A stretch of DNA of 64,000 nt from a virus (IMGVR_UViG_3300038679_000357:1-64000), one strand, 5' to 3'. Positions 9,410-18,447 are shown, counted from the first letter of the stretch. A program made the numbers and translations. The notes: generated by a model not told the origin, from the sequence alone.

Positions 9410-9521
9410 TGGTGTGCCGTGGAAGGACTTGAACCTCCAACTCCACTGGCGGTGGATAGTCTGCCCGTACGAAGCAGTAGTTGCCGTTGCCAGTGGCATG
9501 ATGCCATTTCACTACACGCAC
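9410..9521 (-). ncRNA. tRNA-shaped RNA with expanded anticodon arm
   Basis: Acceptor, D arm, T arm and CCA present; CCACTGGC/GCCAGTGG encloses ~38 nt. Confidence 0.75.
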
Positions 9522-9528
9522 ATTTATC

Positions 9529-9637
9529 TGGAACGACCAGCGGGAGTCGAACCTGCATCCATAACTTTCACGGACTCTAACCGTCGGCACGGTATCCGGT
9601 ATCTGATAGTAGTATCTTCCAATGCCACGATCGTTCA
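9529..9637 (-). ncRNA. tRNA-shaped RNA with expanded centre
   Basis: GAACGATC/GGTCGTTC, T arm GCAGG-TTCGACT-CCCGC, 3' CCA; no 7-nt anticodon loop. Confidence 0.7.
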
Positions 9638-9638
9638 C

Positions 9639-9715
9639 TGGTGGAAACAACAGGGCTCGAACCTGTGACCTTCTGCGTGTGGAGCAGACGCTCTAGCCAA
9701 CTGAGCTACGCTTCC
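9639..9715 (-). tRNA. tRNA-Val(CAC), C33
   Basis: TCTGC-TCCACAC-GCAGA. Confidence 0.9.
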
Positions 9716-9721
9716 ATGAAA

Positions 9722-9905
9722 GATGCCGCTTTTCCCGTTTCGTTCGCCACTACTCCGGACGGCACCACTCGGACTTTCACCGGCTTACCGCGTCCTCTCG
9801 GGCGCAGTCTGCACGCGCATCCTGGCACTTTGACATGGCTCCATGTCGGACCGCGCACTTTTTCAACGACGGGGAAGCGTTTCCATGCCGTTCATTCCGT
9901 CGTTA
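9722..9905 (-). ncRNA. unassigned GC-rich structured RNA
   Basis: AACGACGG/CCGTCGTT, GACATGG/CCATGTC and further stems. Confidence 0.5.
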
Positions 9906-9908
9906 ATC

Positions 9909-9994
9909 TGGCGGAGGAAGCGAGGATCGAACTCGCATGCCGTTGCCGACACTTACTTTCCAAGTAAGCCCCTTACCATTCGGGACATTCCTCC
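9909..9994 (-). tRNA. tRNA-Ser(GGA)
   Basis: CTTAC-TTGGAAA-GTAAG, variable arm. Confidence 0.95.
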
Positions 9995-10003
9995 AAAAAA
10001 AAT

Positions 10004-10237
10004 TTATCCTTCAGATCTATCCCCGCTGATTGTGACTACACCGGAGAAAAGAATACTGATGAAAAGTAATGAGGACATTGTAATCCGCTGCAGCAGGGAC
10101 TTCGCGGTCAGCACGCAGATGACTTTATCAGACGTAATTGTCGCATACGCCGAACTTCCTTCAAAATGTACTTTCATAAAGTCCTTGTTAGATTGTGTTC
10201 TTATATCTTCCATTAAAACGTACATCTCGGGCGGCAT
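10004..10237 (-). CDS. hypothetical protein
   Basis: 77 aa ORF filling the gap between tRNAs. Confidence 0.45.
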   Translation of the reverse strand: MPPEMYVLMEDIRTQSNKDFMKVHFEGSSAYATITSDKVICVLTAKSLLQRITMSSLLFISILFSGVVTISGDRSEG

Positions 10238-10294
10238 GATTAACGACCTTTGCTCTTCCTACCGGGACGGTCAGGCGGGAACCTTCGATGTACT

Positions 10295-10368
10295 TGGAGC
10301 GTCCAGGGAGAGTCGAACTCCCAGCTAAAGATTGGAAATCTTTGGTATTACCGTTATACGATGGACGC
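10295..10368 (-). tRNA. tRNA-Gly(TCC)
   Basis: AAAGA-TTTCCAA-TCTTT. Confidence 0.95.
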
Positions 10369-10424
10369 TTGCTTTCTCAATATATGGGGGGCGGATCGCC
10401 TTTCAATAACCTACCTTCATTTCC

Positions 10425-10501
10425 TGGTCCCTGGGGACGGAATCGAACCGTCAACCTACAGATTATGATTCTGCCGCTCTAACCGATTGAGCTACCCAGG
10501 G
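10425..10501 (-). tRNA. tRNA(CAT), Met or Ile2
   Basis: GCAGA-ATCATAA-TCTGT. Confidence 0.9.
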
Positions 10502-10510
10502 GATTGAAAA

Positions 10511-10602
10511 TGGCGGCGGGTATCCGATTCGAACGGATGGACGCCTTTCGGCGTCTCTCGATTTCAAGTCGAGTGCCTTTAACCTGGCTCAGCCAACCCG
10601 CC
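10511..10602 (-). tRNA. tRNA-Ser(TGA)
   Basis: CTCGA-CTTGAAA-TCGAG, variable arm. Confidence 0.95.
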
Positions 10603-10606
10603 AATC

Positions 10607-10694
10607 TGGAGGAGAGTGCGGGACTTGAACCCGCATGCCGGTTTCCCGACAACACCTTAGCAGGGTGCCGCTTTGCCATTCAGCGCAACTCTCC
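10607..10694 (-). tRNA. tRNA-Ser(GCT)
   Basis: GCACC-CTGCTAA-GGTGT, variable arm. Confidence 0.95.
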
Positions 10695-11448
10695 GTTCAT
10701 TTATCATGCAAATCGCTTTATTCACGGCATATCTGGATACATCGAGATCCTTTGCTATAGAACGAGAACTTTTCCCAGACTCAATGGCTGACGCCACATT
10801 GTTCATCAACACTGGATCGAGAATGTCTTCTTGAGGTTTTCGCAGAGACACGATATCCACTCCGCTTCTTTTCACATGAGCTCTAGCTGTGATCCCCGAA
10901 ATGCCAAACGCAAAACCAACTTCGTCCCAGGTTTTTCCGGTTTTCTTCAACTCAATTATCTTCTTGACGTCAATTTCCTGACGACCGACTGCAACATAAT
11001 TCACCGACCTCATAGCAAGCCATGAATTAAAAGCCACATCGCAATCGATAAAATCTTTTGTCACACGAAAGGGGTGATCTGTTTTAGCTTTTGGTACATC
11101 AATCCTAAATATCACCGCTCTTTTGTTGTCAAAATCCTTATCTGACAAAAAGTAACACTCGTCTGTTTGCGGGCAATAACACGCTAATAAATCGAATTCA
11201 CCACGCGATCGATCAAGAGAATGAGTCCCCTGGGAATTACTCCATATATGACCAATCCTTGTGCATATCACTCCTTGTTTGAGAGTTGAGTATTTCACTT
11301 GAACTCGACAAGGGATTCCGTCCTTTTCGGCAATTAGATCGTAATGAAGATGTTCAGCGATCGGAAGGGAGATGTTGAATCCACGTTTTGTCATCTCATG
11401 AATAACTGCCGTCACTCCAATGTCACCCTTGACCTTCGTGATGCCCAT
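10657..11448 (-). CDS. PD-(D/E)XK endonuclease with C-terminal HTH
   Basis: GDIG..YDLIAEKDG..RVQVK; stop lies inside tRNA-Ser(GCT). Confidence 0.8.
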   Translation of the reverse strand: MGITKVKGDIGVTAVIHEMTKRGFNISLPIAEHLHYDLIAEKDGIPCRVQVKYSTLKQGVICTRIGHIWSNSQGTHSLDRSRGEFDLLACYCPQTDECYFLSDKDFDNKRAVIFRIDVPKAKTDHPFRVTKDFIDCDVAFNSWLAMRSVNYVAVGRQEIDVKKIIELKKTGKTWDEVGFAFGISGITARAHVKRSGVDIVSLRKPQEDILDPVLMNNVASAIESGKSSRSIAKDLDVSRYAVNKAICMINERRVALNGKAAPC

Positions 11449-11534
11449 AAAAATCCTCCTATGGCTAATGTGGTTTAATACTCAAGACGGACATGAATAT
11501 CCTTTAAGCCATTATACCACATTCAGGAGAATGC

Positions 11535-11620
11535 TGGAGCCGTGGGCGGGACTCGAACCCGCATATGGATTTCTCCAGACGATTTTGCAGATCGCTGCAT
11601 AGCCATTCTGCCACCACGGC
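11535..11620 (-). tRNA. tRNA-Cys(GCA) with long variable arm
   Basis: GCGAT-CTGCAAA-ATCGT, variable region CTGGAGAAATCCATAT. Confidence 0.9.
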
Positions 11621-11649
11621 GAAAGAAACGCCAGTTGTCAAAGAACACT

Positions 11650-11725
11650 TGGTAGTGATGGGTGGAGTCGAACCACCGACCTCTTCCTTATCAGAGAAGC
11701 GCCTTAACCACTCGGCTACACCACT
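11650..11725 (-). tRNA. tRNA-Ile(GAT)
   Basis: CTTCT-CTGATAA-GGAAG. Confidence 0.95.
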
Positions 11726-11731
11726 GTACAA

Positions 11732-11762
11732 ACTTAAAGCCCCGGTCTTGCGAACCGGGGCT
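11732..11762 (-). terminator. terminator of attenuator 2
   Basis: AGCCCCGGT-TCGCAAG-ACCGGGGCT then TTAAGTTT. Confidence 0.8.
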
Positions 11763-11792
11763 CCTATCAAAACTGATCTACGTTCCATCAGA

Positions 11793-11867
11793 TCATGCGA
11801 AGGAGTCCGGTGCGCCGCTAGAGCAGCTTACCGATCCACACATAATACTGACTGAGACGTTTTTCAT
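11793..11867 (-). CDS. Ser/Val/Cys-rich leader peptide MKNVSVSIMCGSVSCSSGAPDSFA
   Basis: AAGGA SD; 24 codons using all six Ser codons and both Cys codons. Confidence 0.8.
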   Translation of the reverse strand: MKNVSVSIMCGSVSCSSGAPDSFA

Positions 11868-11898
11868 TTCGTAAAATTTCCTTGTTTGATCTAAGAGG

Positions 11899-11927
11899 AA
11901 TATAGGACCACTTTCTAAGTTTATCAA
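11899..11927 (-). promoter_or_regulatory. promoter TTGATA-N17-TATATT
   Basis: Hexamers identical to the promoters at 3276 and 36710. Confidence 0.8.
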
Positions 11928-11943
11928 CTGCCATTTCAAAAAA

Positions 11944-12165
11944 TCATTTCAAATCATCGCCACACAGCATTGAATCGACATCAGCGACAATACCATTCAA
12001 TTGCTCTTCAGTATATCCTTCGGTGCGATTTCCGGGGATAACCAGATAACCCCCAGATGGCAATTCAAAAATCCTAGCATCAAAAGGAACAGATAGCAAT
12101 TGATCTTCCGCTTCCATTGCTGATACCTTAGTAAAACTTACTCCGATCTGCTTGATCATGCTCAC
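11944..12165 (-). CDS. hypothetical protein
   Basis: 73 aa ORF overlapping the upstream stop. Confidence 0.55.
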   Translation of the reverse strand: MSMIKQIGVSFTKVSAMEAEDQLLSVPFDARIFELPSGGYLVIPGNRTEGYTEEQLNGIVADVDSMLCGDDLK

Positions 12166-12578
12166 AACTTTATTCTCCCGATAATATTCTTTCCAACTTT
12201 GTCCAGACGGGTTGAGATATATTTTCTTGGATTATACAACATCTCCAACCATTCCCGCCAGCCAATCGACTGCGTACCTTCCTCAGAAACCACTTCATTA
12301 ATGGATTTTACCATGTTTTTAGCAGCAATTGTAAGTACGTCATCGCGAAAATCTTCGATTATTCCTTCAATGGCGCGGCAAGTTCTACACATATCCTTTG
12401 AATCGTGCCAATGGAATTTTGTATAGGGACACAAACTTCTTGCTAATTCGCGCTTCATGTCGTGCATGAAAAATCCCTCCAACTTCACACCAACCACTTT
12501 CCATGAAGCAAAGGGATTATCTTTCTTTGAAACCCTGCAAAAGACGATCTCCGTTATACGCAGGAAGCCCAGATTCAA
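12162..12578 (-). CDS. hypothetical protein
   Basis: 138 aa ORF in operon. Confidence 0.55.
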   Translation of the reverse strand: MNLGFLRITEIVFCRVSKKDNPFASWKVVGVKLEGFFMHDMKRELARSLCPYTKFHWHDSKDMCRTCRAIEGIIEDFRDDVLTIAAKNMVKSINEVVSEEGTQSIGWREWLEMLYNPRKYISTRLDKVGKNIIGRIKL

Positions 12579-13332
12579 TAATTCTATCTCGCGCCTTCAC
12601 GACGTCATATTCCACTTTCCGAACGTCAACTTTGATGACTGCATCATCGTCGTATTCAACAACCACATAATTTGCCCGCCAATCATGTTCACCACGCGGT
12701 TGCCCGACGCTTCCAATATTCAACACATGGGCATGACCTCGTTTCAATTTGCTTGTTGACTTCACGCCAAACATTCCATCTGTAATAACAGAGTTTTCAA
12801 CACCATTCTTTGCACGATGTCCATGAATGATATAGTGAGTATGTCCAAAAAATCCAATTTCAAAATCATCCCTTACCATTGATGAAATGGTTGACTTCAC
12901 TACATGAGCATACAAAAGATAAGGGAAAGTGATGTCAAACGGATAGGAGCCGTGAGCAAAAACCGCCCGCTGCGCACCAAACTTCATCTCCTCAGTCTTA
13001 GGAAGAGATTGTAACCATTTGATGGTTCGCGTGGATATTTTCTTCATCGTATAATCAATACTGATTCGAGCAAGATCGCTCATATCCATCCAAGTACCAG
13101 AGGCGGCAAGGTCGTGATTGCCGACAACAACCCTTGAGCAAGAAGATCTCACGATGTCTACACAATCTTCTGGATCTGCTCCATACCCAACGGTGTCTCC
13201 TAAACAAATCGTTTCTACACAGCCGATCTTAGCAAGATCCTTCATAACAGCTTCAAGAGCCTGCAAGTTGGCGTGAACGTCACTAATCACGGCGACCTTA
13301 CGAGAAAGAGTGCTATTAGTTAGGTCCAACAA
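12517..13332 (-). CDS. calcineurin-like metallophosphoesterase
   Basis: SDVHAN, LGDTVGYG, GNHD, AHGS, FGHTH, NIGSVGQPR. Confidence 0.9.
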   Translation of the reverse strand: MLDLTNSTLSRKVAVISDVHANLQALEAVMKDLAKIGCVETICLGDTVGYGADPEDCVDIVRSSCSRVVVGNHDLAASGTWMDMSDLARISIDYTMKKISTRTIKWLQSLPKTEEMKFGAQRAVFAHGSYPFDITFPYLLYAHVVKSTISSMVRDDFEIGFFGHTHYIIHGHRAKNGVENSVITDGMFGVKSTSKLKRGHAHVLNIGSVGQPRGEHDWRANYVVVEYDDDAVIKVDVRKVEYDVVKARDRIIESGLPAYNGDRLLQGFKER

Positions 13333-13395
13333 ATTTAAATCCTCTAACTCAAGGTTGATTTTCTTTCATCGAATATATGCAGGAAAATTTAGTTT

Positions 13396-14181
13396 TCAAT
13401 CAACCATTTTCGACGCAGCAGAATAATAGTACAGATCATGGGCGAGAGATAATCCTTGATCTTCCATAAGTAGTCGTCCATAACCACCTGGAGCCGGAAA
13501 CAAACCACGCCATAGCTTATAGATTAATTTTCGAACCGATAAACGACTACCATACCAATCACATCCAATCAACGAAACAGGAGCGCTGAACCGACAACTT
13601 GGAGCGTCTGTTGGAAAATATCGTACCGGATCATCCGCCACAAGAAAATCAGATACCGCCAAGCATCTTTCACGCAATGTTGCAGAAAAATTTTTATCGC
13701 CTGGGAATGGCGCACCGTACAGAACGAGACGAGGGCTGTAGTTCGCGAATACGCCGCCATCAACGCAGGCAATAGAGGCGATAGCTCCACCCGTGGAGTA
13801 ACCACAACACACCAGCGACCTGCCAAAGCGAACCTCAGCAGAAACAACATCAATAATTTCTTCCCGTAAATTAAGATATATATCAAGAATCCCACTTCCG
13901 ACTTGACACGGCGAAACCGCAGTCAAAAAGTCTTTTTTACTCCAATCAAGATCTATAATGGATGTCGTTGATGACTCAACAAGCCTGAATGAAGCGATAT
14001 ATCCAGTACGGCTGTGGAAAAGAGCAAAATCCAACCCGGTACGACTATCTGATATCGATACACACTTTTCTATACCAACCAATCGCTCATCATGCGATCC
14101 ATAACCGTGGCGACACATAGGTAATAAAATGGCGTGCATATCTCTATGATTGGATTGCTTCATTTTCCCCTCCGCGTGCAT
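13396..14181 (-). CDS. class 3 lipase-like alpha/beta hydrolase
   Basis: CGYSTGGAIA nucleophile elbow, YGAPFPGD, DDPV. Confidence 0.75.
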   Translation of the reverse strand: MHAEGKMKQSNHRDMHAILLPMCRHGYGSHDERLVGIEKCVSISDSRTGLDFALFHSRTGYIASFRLVESSTTSIIDLDWSKKDFLTAVSPCQVGSGILDIYLNLREEIIDVVSAEVRFGRSLVCCGYSTGGAIASIACVDGGVFANYSPRLVLYGAPFPGDKNFSATLRERCLAVSDFLVADDPVRYFPTDAPSCRFSAPVSLIGCDWYGSRLSVRKLIYKLWRGLFPAPGGYGRLLMEDQGLSLAHDLYYYSAASKMVD

Positions 14182-14227
14182 CGTGCATTACACACTCTTT
14201 CCCAGCCACCGCAATCAATCCCTACAA

Positions 14228-14395
14228 AAAATCGTGCGTCGCTTTTTACTACGTCTCAATCAACTCAATGGCGCTCTCTCACGACATCAGTATCCTCACG
14301 AGACGCAGGCAGTACGCGACGCACGACCTCCTTGGACGCTCCAGCACCCATTAATAATGAGTGCCAGACTCCGGGGTAAGGGGACCCGGATTCCC
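14228..14395 (-). ncRNA. candidate long-hairpin RNA
   Basis: TCGTGCGTCGC/GCGACGCACGA, CGTCTC/GAGACG and two flanking hairpins. Confidence 0.45.
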
Positions 14396-14523
14396 TCTCG
14401 TCAGAAAACTGTTGATTTTACTCGTGGATGAATCATAAAAAAACCCTCTCATTTTAATTCGTGACACAGAACAAGCAAACATAGCACCGCAAAAGACGCC
14501 TGTCAAATGCGCCGCAATATTTT

Positions 14524-16065
14524 TCATCGTTCTATTTCTACGCCAACTCCAACAATTCCAACCGAATCAATGGAGGAACTTACATCCACTGCCGCGTCCA
14601 TTTTATTAATGTCGAACGTGGGTAGGTAGCGGTAATAGACTTCAAGTTGGAGACAGCAGAAACACGTTGCCAACACTCTTCCAGGAATGTCTGCTCCGCC
14701 GATATGCCCCTTGGTTTCCCAGTAACCTTCAGGGTTTTGCGCCCGAATCAAAACTTTTTCAAAAGTTTCGCGCCAAACTTTCCACTCTCCCTTCATTCCA
14801 CGTTGCTCCTGTGCGTTGAACATAGCTTGAGTGTCGTAATACCACCCATACAGATTTTTATCGCTCAACTCAAGCCAGTCCTGTGGCTTCTCATAAACCT
14901 GCTTGTATTTTTCAAACCGATCCTTAGCAATAGTCTCCATCGCATTCCCTACCTGTGGAATCTTTCCTTGACCGAGAAGCTGCAGCGCTACAACACCAAT
15001 GCCAGTCATGTTTCCACCAGAACCAGCCGAAGTGTAACCGTACTTCCCATTGGCATAGGCATTACGACAGAACACAATTGAATCTTCGATTGCTTTTTTC
15101 AATCCTTCATTAGTTGATCCAGCAACCCGTGCAGCCTTTAATGCCTGGATCTGCCATCCCGCAACAGATAAATCCCATCTCGCCCCCTTTGCATAGGCAT
15201 AGTCAAAACCACCACCTGCTTGTTGCCCCTTGATGATGACGTCAATACACCTTTCCATGGCAGTCTGCATGAAGGGGATTTTTGTCATTGCATACGACTC
15301 AGCAATTGCGTATGTGGCAATGCCATGTCCATAAGCTCTCTGTCCGTTGATGCCAGAATTCATGGTCTTTGCGTCAGTTGAATACAACGTCAACCAGCGC
15401 ATTGCCTTTTGTACGGTCACTCCATATTGTTCTGACAGCGGAGTCTCGCCATGAGCCAGGAACACAAGAAGCGCCAATCCAGTATGAGCCGGGGATGAAC
15501 TCCCCCAAGATCCATCATCATTTTGAACCTTAGCCAACCACCTTAATGCACGCCCTACTCTTTCCTGTCCAGCTTTAGACGCACCATATTTGTCACCTAA
15601 TTTCTTCCTTCCAGCAGCACTTCTGCCACCCAATGGTCCATTGTAGGTTAAAACGCTTTCCGTACGAACCACATCTAAGATCTCATCTGCATCCACTGAA
15701 TCATCCGTCATTGGAGCGTCATCACTAACGTCAGTCAAGCTGTCGACGGCATTATTGGAGTCAGTCGGAGCATCCATCTCGGATGGGCTCGGTTCATCAT
15801 TGGGGGCGTCTTCAACCTCAATAATCTCTTCAATCTCTTCTGGAAGTAAATCAACAACTTCCAGTTCCACAATATTGGCGTAAATTTCTGGCTGTCTCTC
15901 TTTCGGAGTAGTTACAATGAAGATAAACATCAGAAGCAACAACACAACGTGAAAAAATAACGAGGTTCCAGGACCAATTAAGGTTTCAATCATTTGCTTT
16001 CTGTGATAGTTGAAAAGAATGTCGGCAATCTCTTGCTCAGTTACGACCATTTCAACGCTTTCCAT
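14524..16065 (-). CDS. membrane-anchored prenyltransferase/squalene-cyclase-repeat protein
   Basis: N-terminal TM, acidic linker, QNDDGSW, QQAGGGF, QNPEGYW repeats. Confidence 0.8.
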   Translation of the reverse strand: MESVEMVVTEQEIADILFNYHRKQMIETLIGPGTSLFFHVVLLLLMFIFIVTTPKERQPEIYANIVELEVVDLLPEEIEEIIEVEDAPNDEPSPSEMDAPTDSNNAVDSLTDVSDDAPMTDDSVDADEILDVVRTESVLTYNGPLGGRSAAGRKKLGDKYGASKAGQERVGRALRWLAKVQNDDGSWGSSSPAHTGLALLVFLAHGETPLSEQYGVTVQKAMRWLTLYSTDAKTMNSGINGQRAYGHGIATYAIAESYAMTKIPFMQTAMERCIDVIIKGQQAGGGFDYAYAKGARWDLSVAGWQIQALKAARVAGSTNEGLKKAIEDSIVFCRNAYANGKYGYTSAGSGGNMTGIGVVALQLLGQGKIPQVGNAMETIAKDRFEKYKQVYEKPQDWLELSDKNLYGWYYDTQAMFNAQEQRGMKGEWKVWRETFEKVLIRAQNPEGYWETKGHIGGADIPGRVLATCFCCLQLEVYYRYLPTFDINKMDAAVDVSSSIDSVGIVGVGVEIER

Positions 16066-16135
16066 ATTGAACCTCCGTATAGGTTTTTATAAAGACTATA
16101 CGGTAATCATAGATAAAAGCAAGAGCAAAACCCTT

Positions 16136-16465
16136 TTATATTGAGATGCCACGGTTGGACGAAGAAACTTTTGGAGCAACCTCTTTCACGATAGCAGGCA
16201 ATTCGTCCAGGCAAGAGATGTCAAAATCTTTGAATTGGCTCCCCTCCCCCCATAACTCTTGCGACATCGATCGGAAAATCTTAATCACGCCAATCATGGC
16301 TTTCACATCCTTACGCTTCGCCTCAAGAAAAGAGACGTCAGGGTAGATCTTCATAAGATGATCGACAATACAATCGAATTGCTCGCAAATCGCACAATCA
16401 TTCTTGTTGAAGAATTTTCCACCACAACCGCCGCAAGTAAAAACCTCCACCATTTCCTGCTGCAT
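16136..16465 (-). CDS. hypothetical protein
   Basis: 109 aa ORF, CGGC/CAIC. Confidence 0.6.
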   Translation of the reverse strand: MQQEMVEVFTCGGCGGKFFNKNDCAICEQFDCIVDHLMKIYPDVSFLEAKRKDVKAMIGVIKIFRSMSQELWGEGSQFKDFDISCLDELPAIVKEVAPKVSSSNRGISI

Positions 16466-17043
16466 GTTCGTTCATCCTCTCGTTGTGAAACAGACGCCAT
16501 CATCTTTTTAGGTGATATTGGTACAACAACCTGCAATCATCCACAATTATACAACAAACCGTCATTGACTCACACACAAATCAGAATATAATATAATTGT
16601 CAGTTCTACAAACCAACTAAAAAGAGGAACCAAAAAAAAATGAAAGCAGCAATGATCCTTTTATTGGTGATAGTTTGCCACGGACAAGATCTCACCATTA
16701 AACTGGACAGACTGTTTTCGGTAAAAGCTGGTTTTGGACTATCCTACGTGAAATTCGACATCCCAGATGAATACGCAAAGATGGAAGAATTTTCTAATGG
16801 GAAAAATGAACCGTCGGGGATTGCTTTCACTCCAAAAATAGGGTTGTGGATTGAACCCGGCTACAATTTATCTGCTGGAATTTCCGTTTCAAAAAAACTA
16901 CCTGCTGGCTCTAACTGGCATGGCGGCATATCAGATTACTCTCAATATCCAGATGAACTAGCCTTCACCTATACCAAAATCACAGAGTTTGGTTCAACAC
17001 TGGATCTCGACATCAACTACACAATGCTTCCGCAAATATTTTA

Positions 17044-18306
17044 AAAAATCCTACATAGAAAGAAGGATTTTGTAAAGTTTTACGGTATAAGTAATCATGA
17101 AGGTGAATAAGACATTCAAATACAGAATCTATCCAACCAAAGAACAGGCTGTTCTTTTGGCAAAGCACTTCGGAGCCAAACGCTTCATCTTCAATCATTT
17201 CCTTGATCAACGGAAGACCGCCTACCTTGAAACCAAGAAGTCACTGTCTTATTATGATAATGCTAAAAGCCTAACCGAAATGAAACACTCGGAAGAATTT
17301 GCATGGATGAAAGAAATTAACTCGCAATCTCTTCAGGCTTCGTTAAGGGACTTGGATGCTGCTTACAACCGCTTCTTCTCCAAGCAAGGTAAGTTCCCTA
17401 AGTTCAAGTCAAAGGATGATAAGCAGAGTTTCAGGATACCGCAGAATGTCTACTACGAAGACGGTCTATTGGATGTTCCGAAGTTCAAAGAGCCTATCAA
17501 GGTGGTTGAAGACCGCCCTTTGACTGGTAAGATACTTTTCGCCACTATGTCCAAGACTTCTACGGGCAAGTATTTCGTTTCGATTACCTGTGAGGCAGAG
17601 CATGTATCCTTCAAGAAGACAAAGGGGCAAATCGGAGTCGATCTCGGCTTAAAGGACTTAGCAGTTCTTTCAGACGGAACTAGATACAAGAATGTCAGAA
17701 GTACCAAAAAGCATGAAAGGAAGTTGGCACACGAACAGAGGCAGTTGAGTAAGAAGAAAAAGGGTTCTGTAAATAGAGCCAAACAGAAGATCAAAGTGGC
17801 AAGGGTTAACGAGAAGATTGCTAATTCTCGTAATGATCACATCCACAAGATCACGACAGGCATAGTTCGTGAAAACCAAACGATCTGTGTCGAGAGCCTA
17901 TCTGTGGCAAACATGATGAAAAATCATTGTCTTGCCAAAGGGATAGCCGATGTCGCATGGGGTGAAATCCTATGGCAGTTGAAGTACAAGTCGGAATGGA
18001 ACGGAAGACAGTTGTTGATTGTAGATAGGTTTTTCCCTTCCAGCAAGACCTGTAATTACTGTAAGTTCGTAAATCAAGGCTTGACCTTGGCTGATAGAAC
18101 TTGGATTTGCCCTAGATGTGGAAAAGAATTAGAAAGAGACTTGAATGCTTCGAGGAATATCTTGGAGCAGGGTCTTAACGGTCTAAACGATTTAAACTCT
18201 GGTTTCGGAACGAAGTCGGAGGATAAACAAAAACGAGGGGAGGCATTGCCAAGAGGCAAGTCAAGGAACCTCGAAACCACACCATCTTTAGTGGTGGGGT
18301 AGTTCA
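17044..18306 (+). mobile_element. IS200/IS605-family TnpB-only element
   Basis: Left-end hairpin AAAATCCT/AGGATTTT, right end GTAGTTCA, no TSD, flanks rejoin in frame. Confidence 0.85.
17097..18302 (+). CDS. tnpB: RNA-guided endonuclease TnpB
   Basis: N-terminal HTH, GVDLGLK, VESL, CNYC/CPRC Zn finger, RDLNASRNI. Confidence 0.95.
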   Translation: MKVNKTFKYRIYPTKEQAVLLAKHFGAKRFIFNHFLDQRKTAYLETKKSLSYYDNAKSLTEMKHSEEFAWMKEINSQSLQASLRDLDAAYNRFFSKQGKFPKFKSKDDKQSFRIPQNVYYEDGLLDVPKFKEPIKVVEDRPLTGKILFATMSKTSTGKYFVSITCEAEHVSFKKTKGQIGVDLGLKDLAVLSDGTRYKNVRSTKKHERKLAHEQRQLSKKKKGSVNRAKQKIKVARVNEKIANSRNDHIHKITTGIVRENQTICVESLSVANMMKNHCLAKGIADVAWGEILWQLKYKSEWNGRQLLIVDRFFPSSKTCNYCKFVNQGLTLADRTWICPRCGKELERDLNASRNILEQGLNGLNDLNSGFGTKSEDKQKRGEALPRGKSRNLETTPSLVVG

Positions 18307-18372
18307 TCTGTCGTTTTTAGTGTCATTCTAAATTGAATTTTCCATAATCCATAATACAATATCATACAAAAT

Positions 18373-18447
18373 GTTCCCGTAGCCAAGCGGTAAGGCAGAT
18401 GTCTCTAAAACATCTATGCGTGGGTTCGATCCCCATCGGGAGCGCCA
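18373..18447 (+). tRNA. amber suppressor tRNA(CTA)
   Basis: GTTCCCG/CGGGAGC, GCCAAGCGGTAAGGC, GATGT-CTCTAAA-ACATC, G73, CCA. Confidence 0.92.

Larger units (their letters stand above)
16640..18331 (+). pseudogene. secreted beta-barrel-like gene interrupted by a TnpB element
   Basis: Signal peptide; joining 17043 to 18307 restores PQIFYLSFLVSF-stop. Confidence 0.7.

Noticed and set aside
14380-14410. Hammerhead ribozyme (CTGACGAG on the minus strand)
   Set aside because: No stem II followed by GAAA in register.
18373-18447. tRNA-Pyl
   Set aside because: It has a standard 2-nt linker, 5-bp anticodon stem and normal D/T loops, and no pyl genes are visible.
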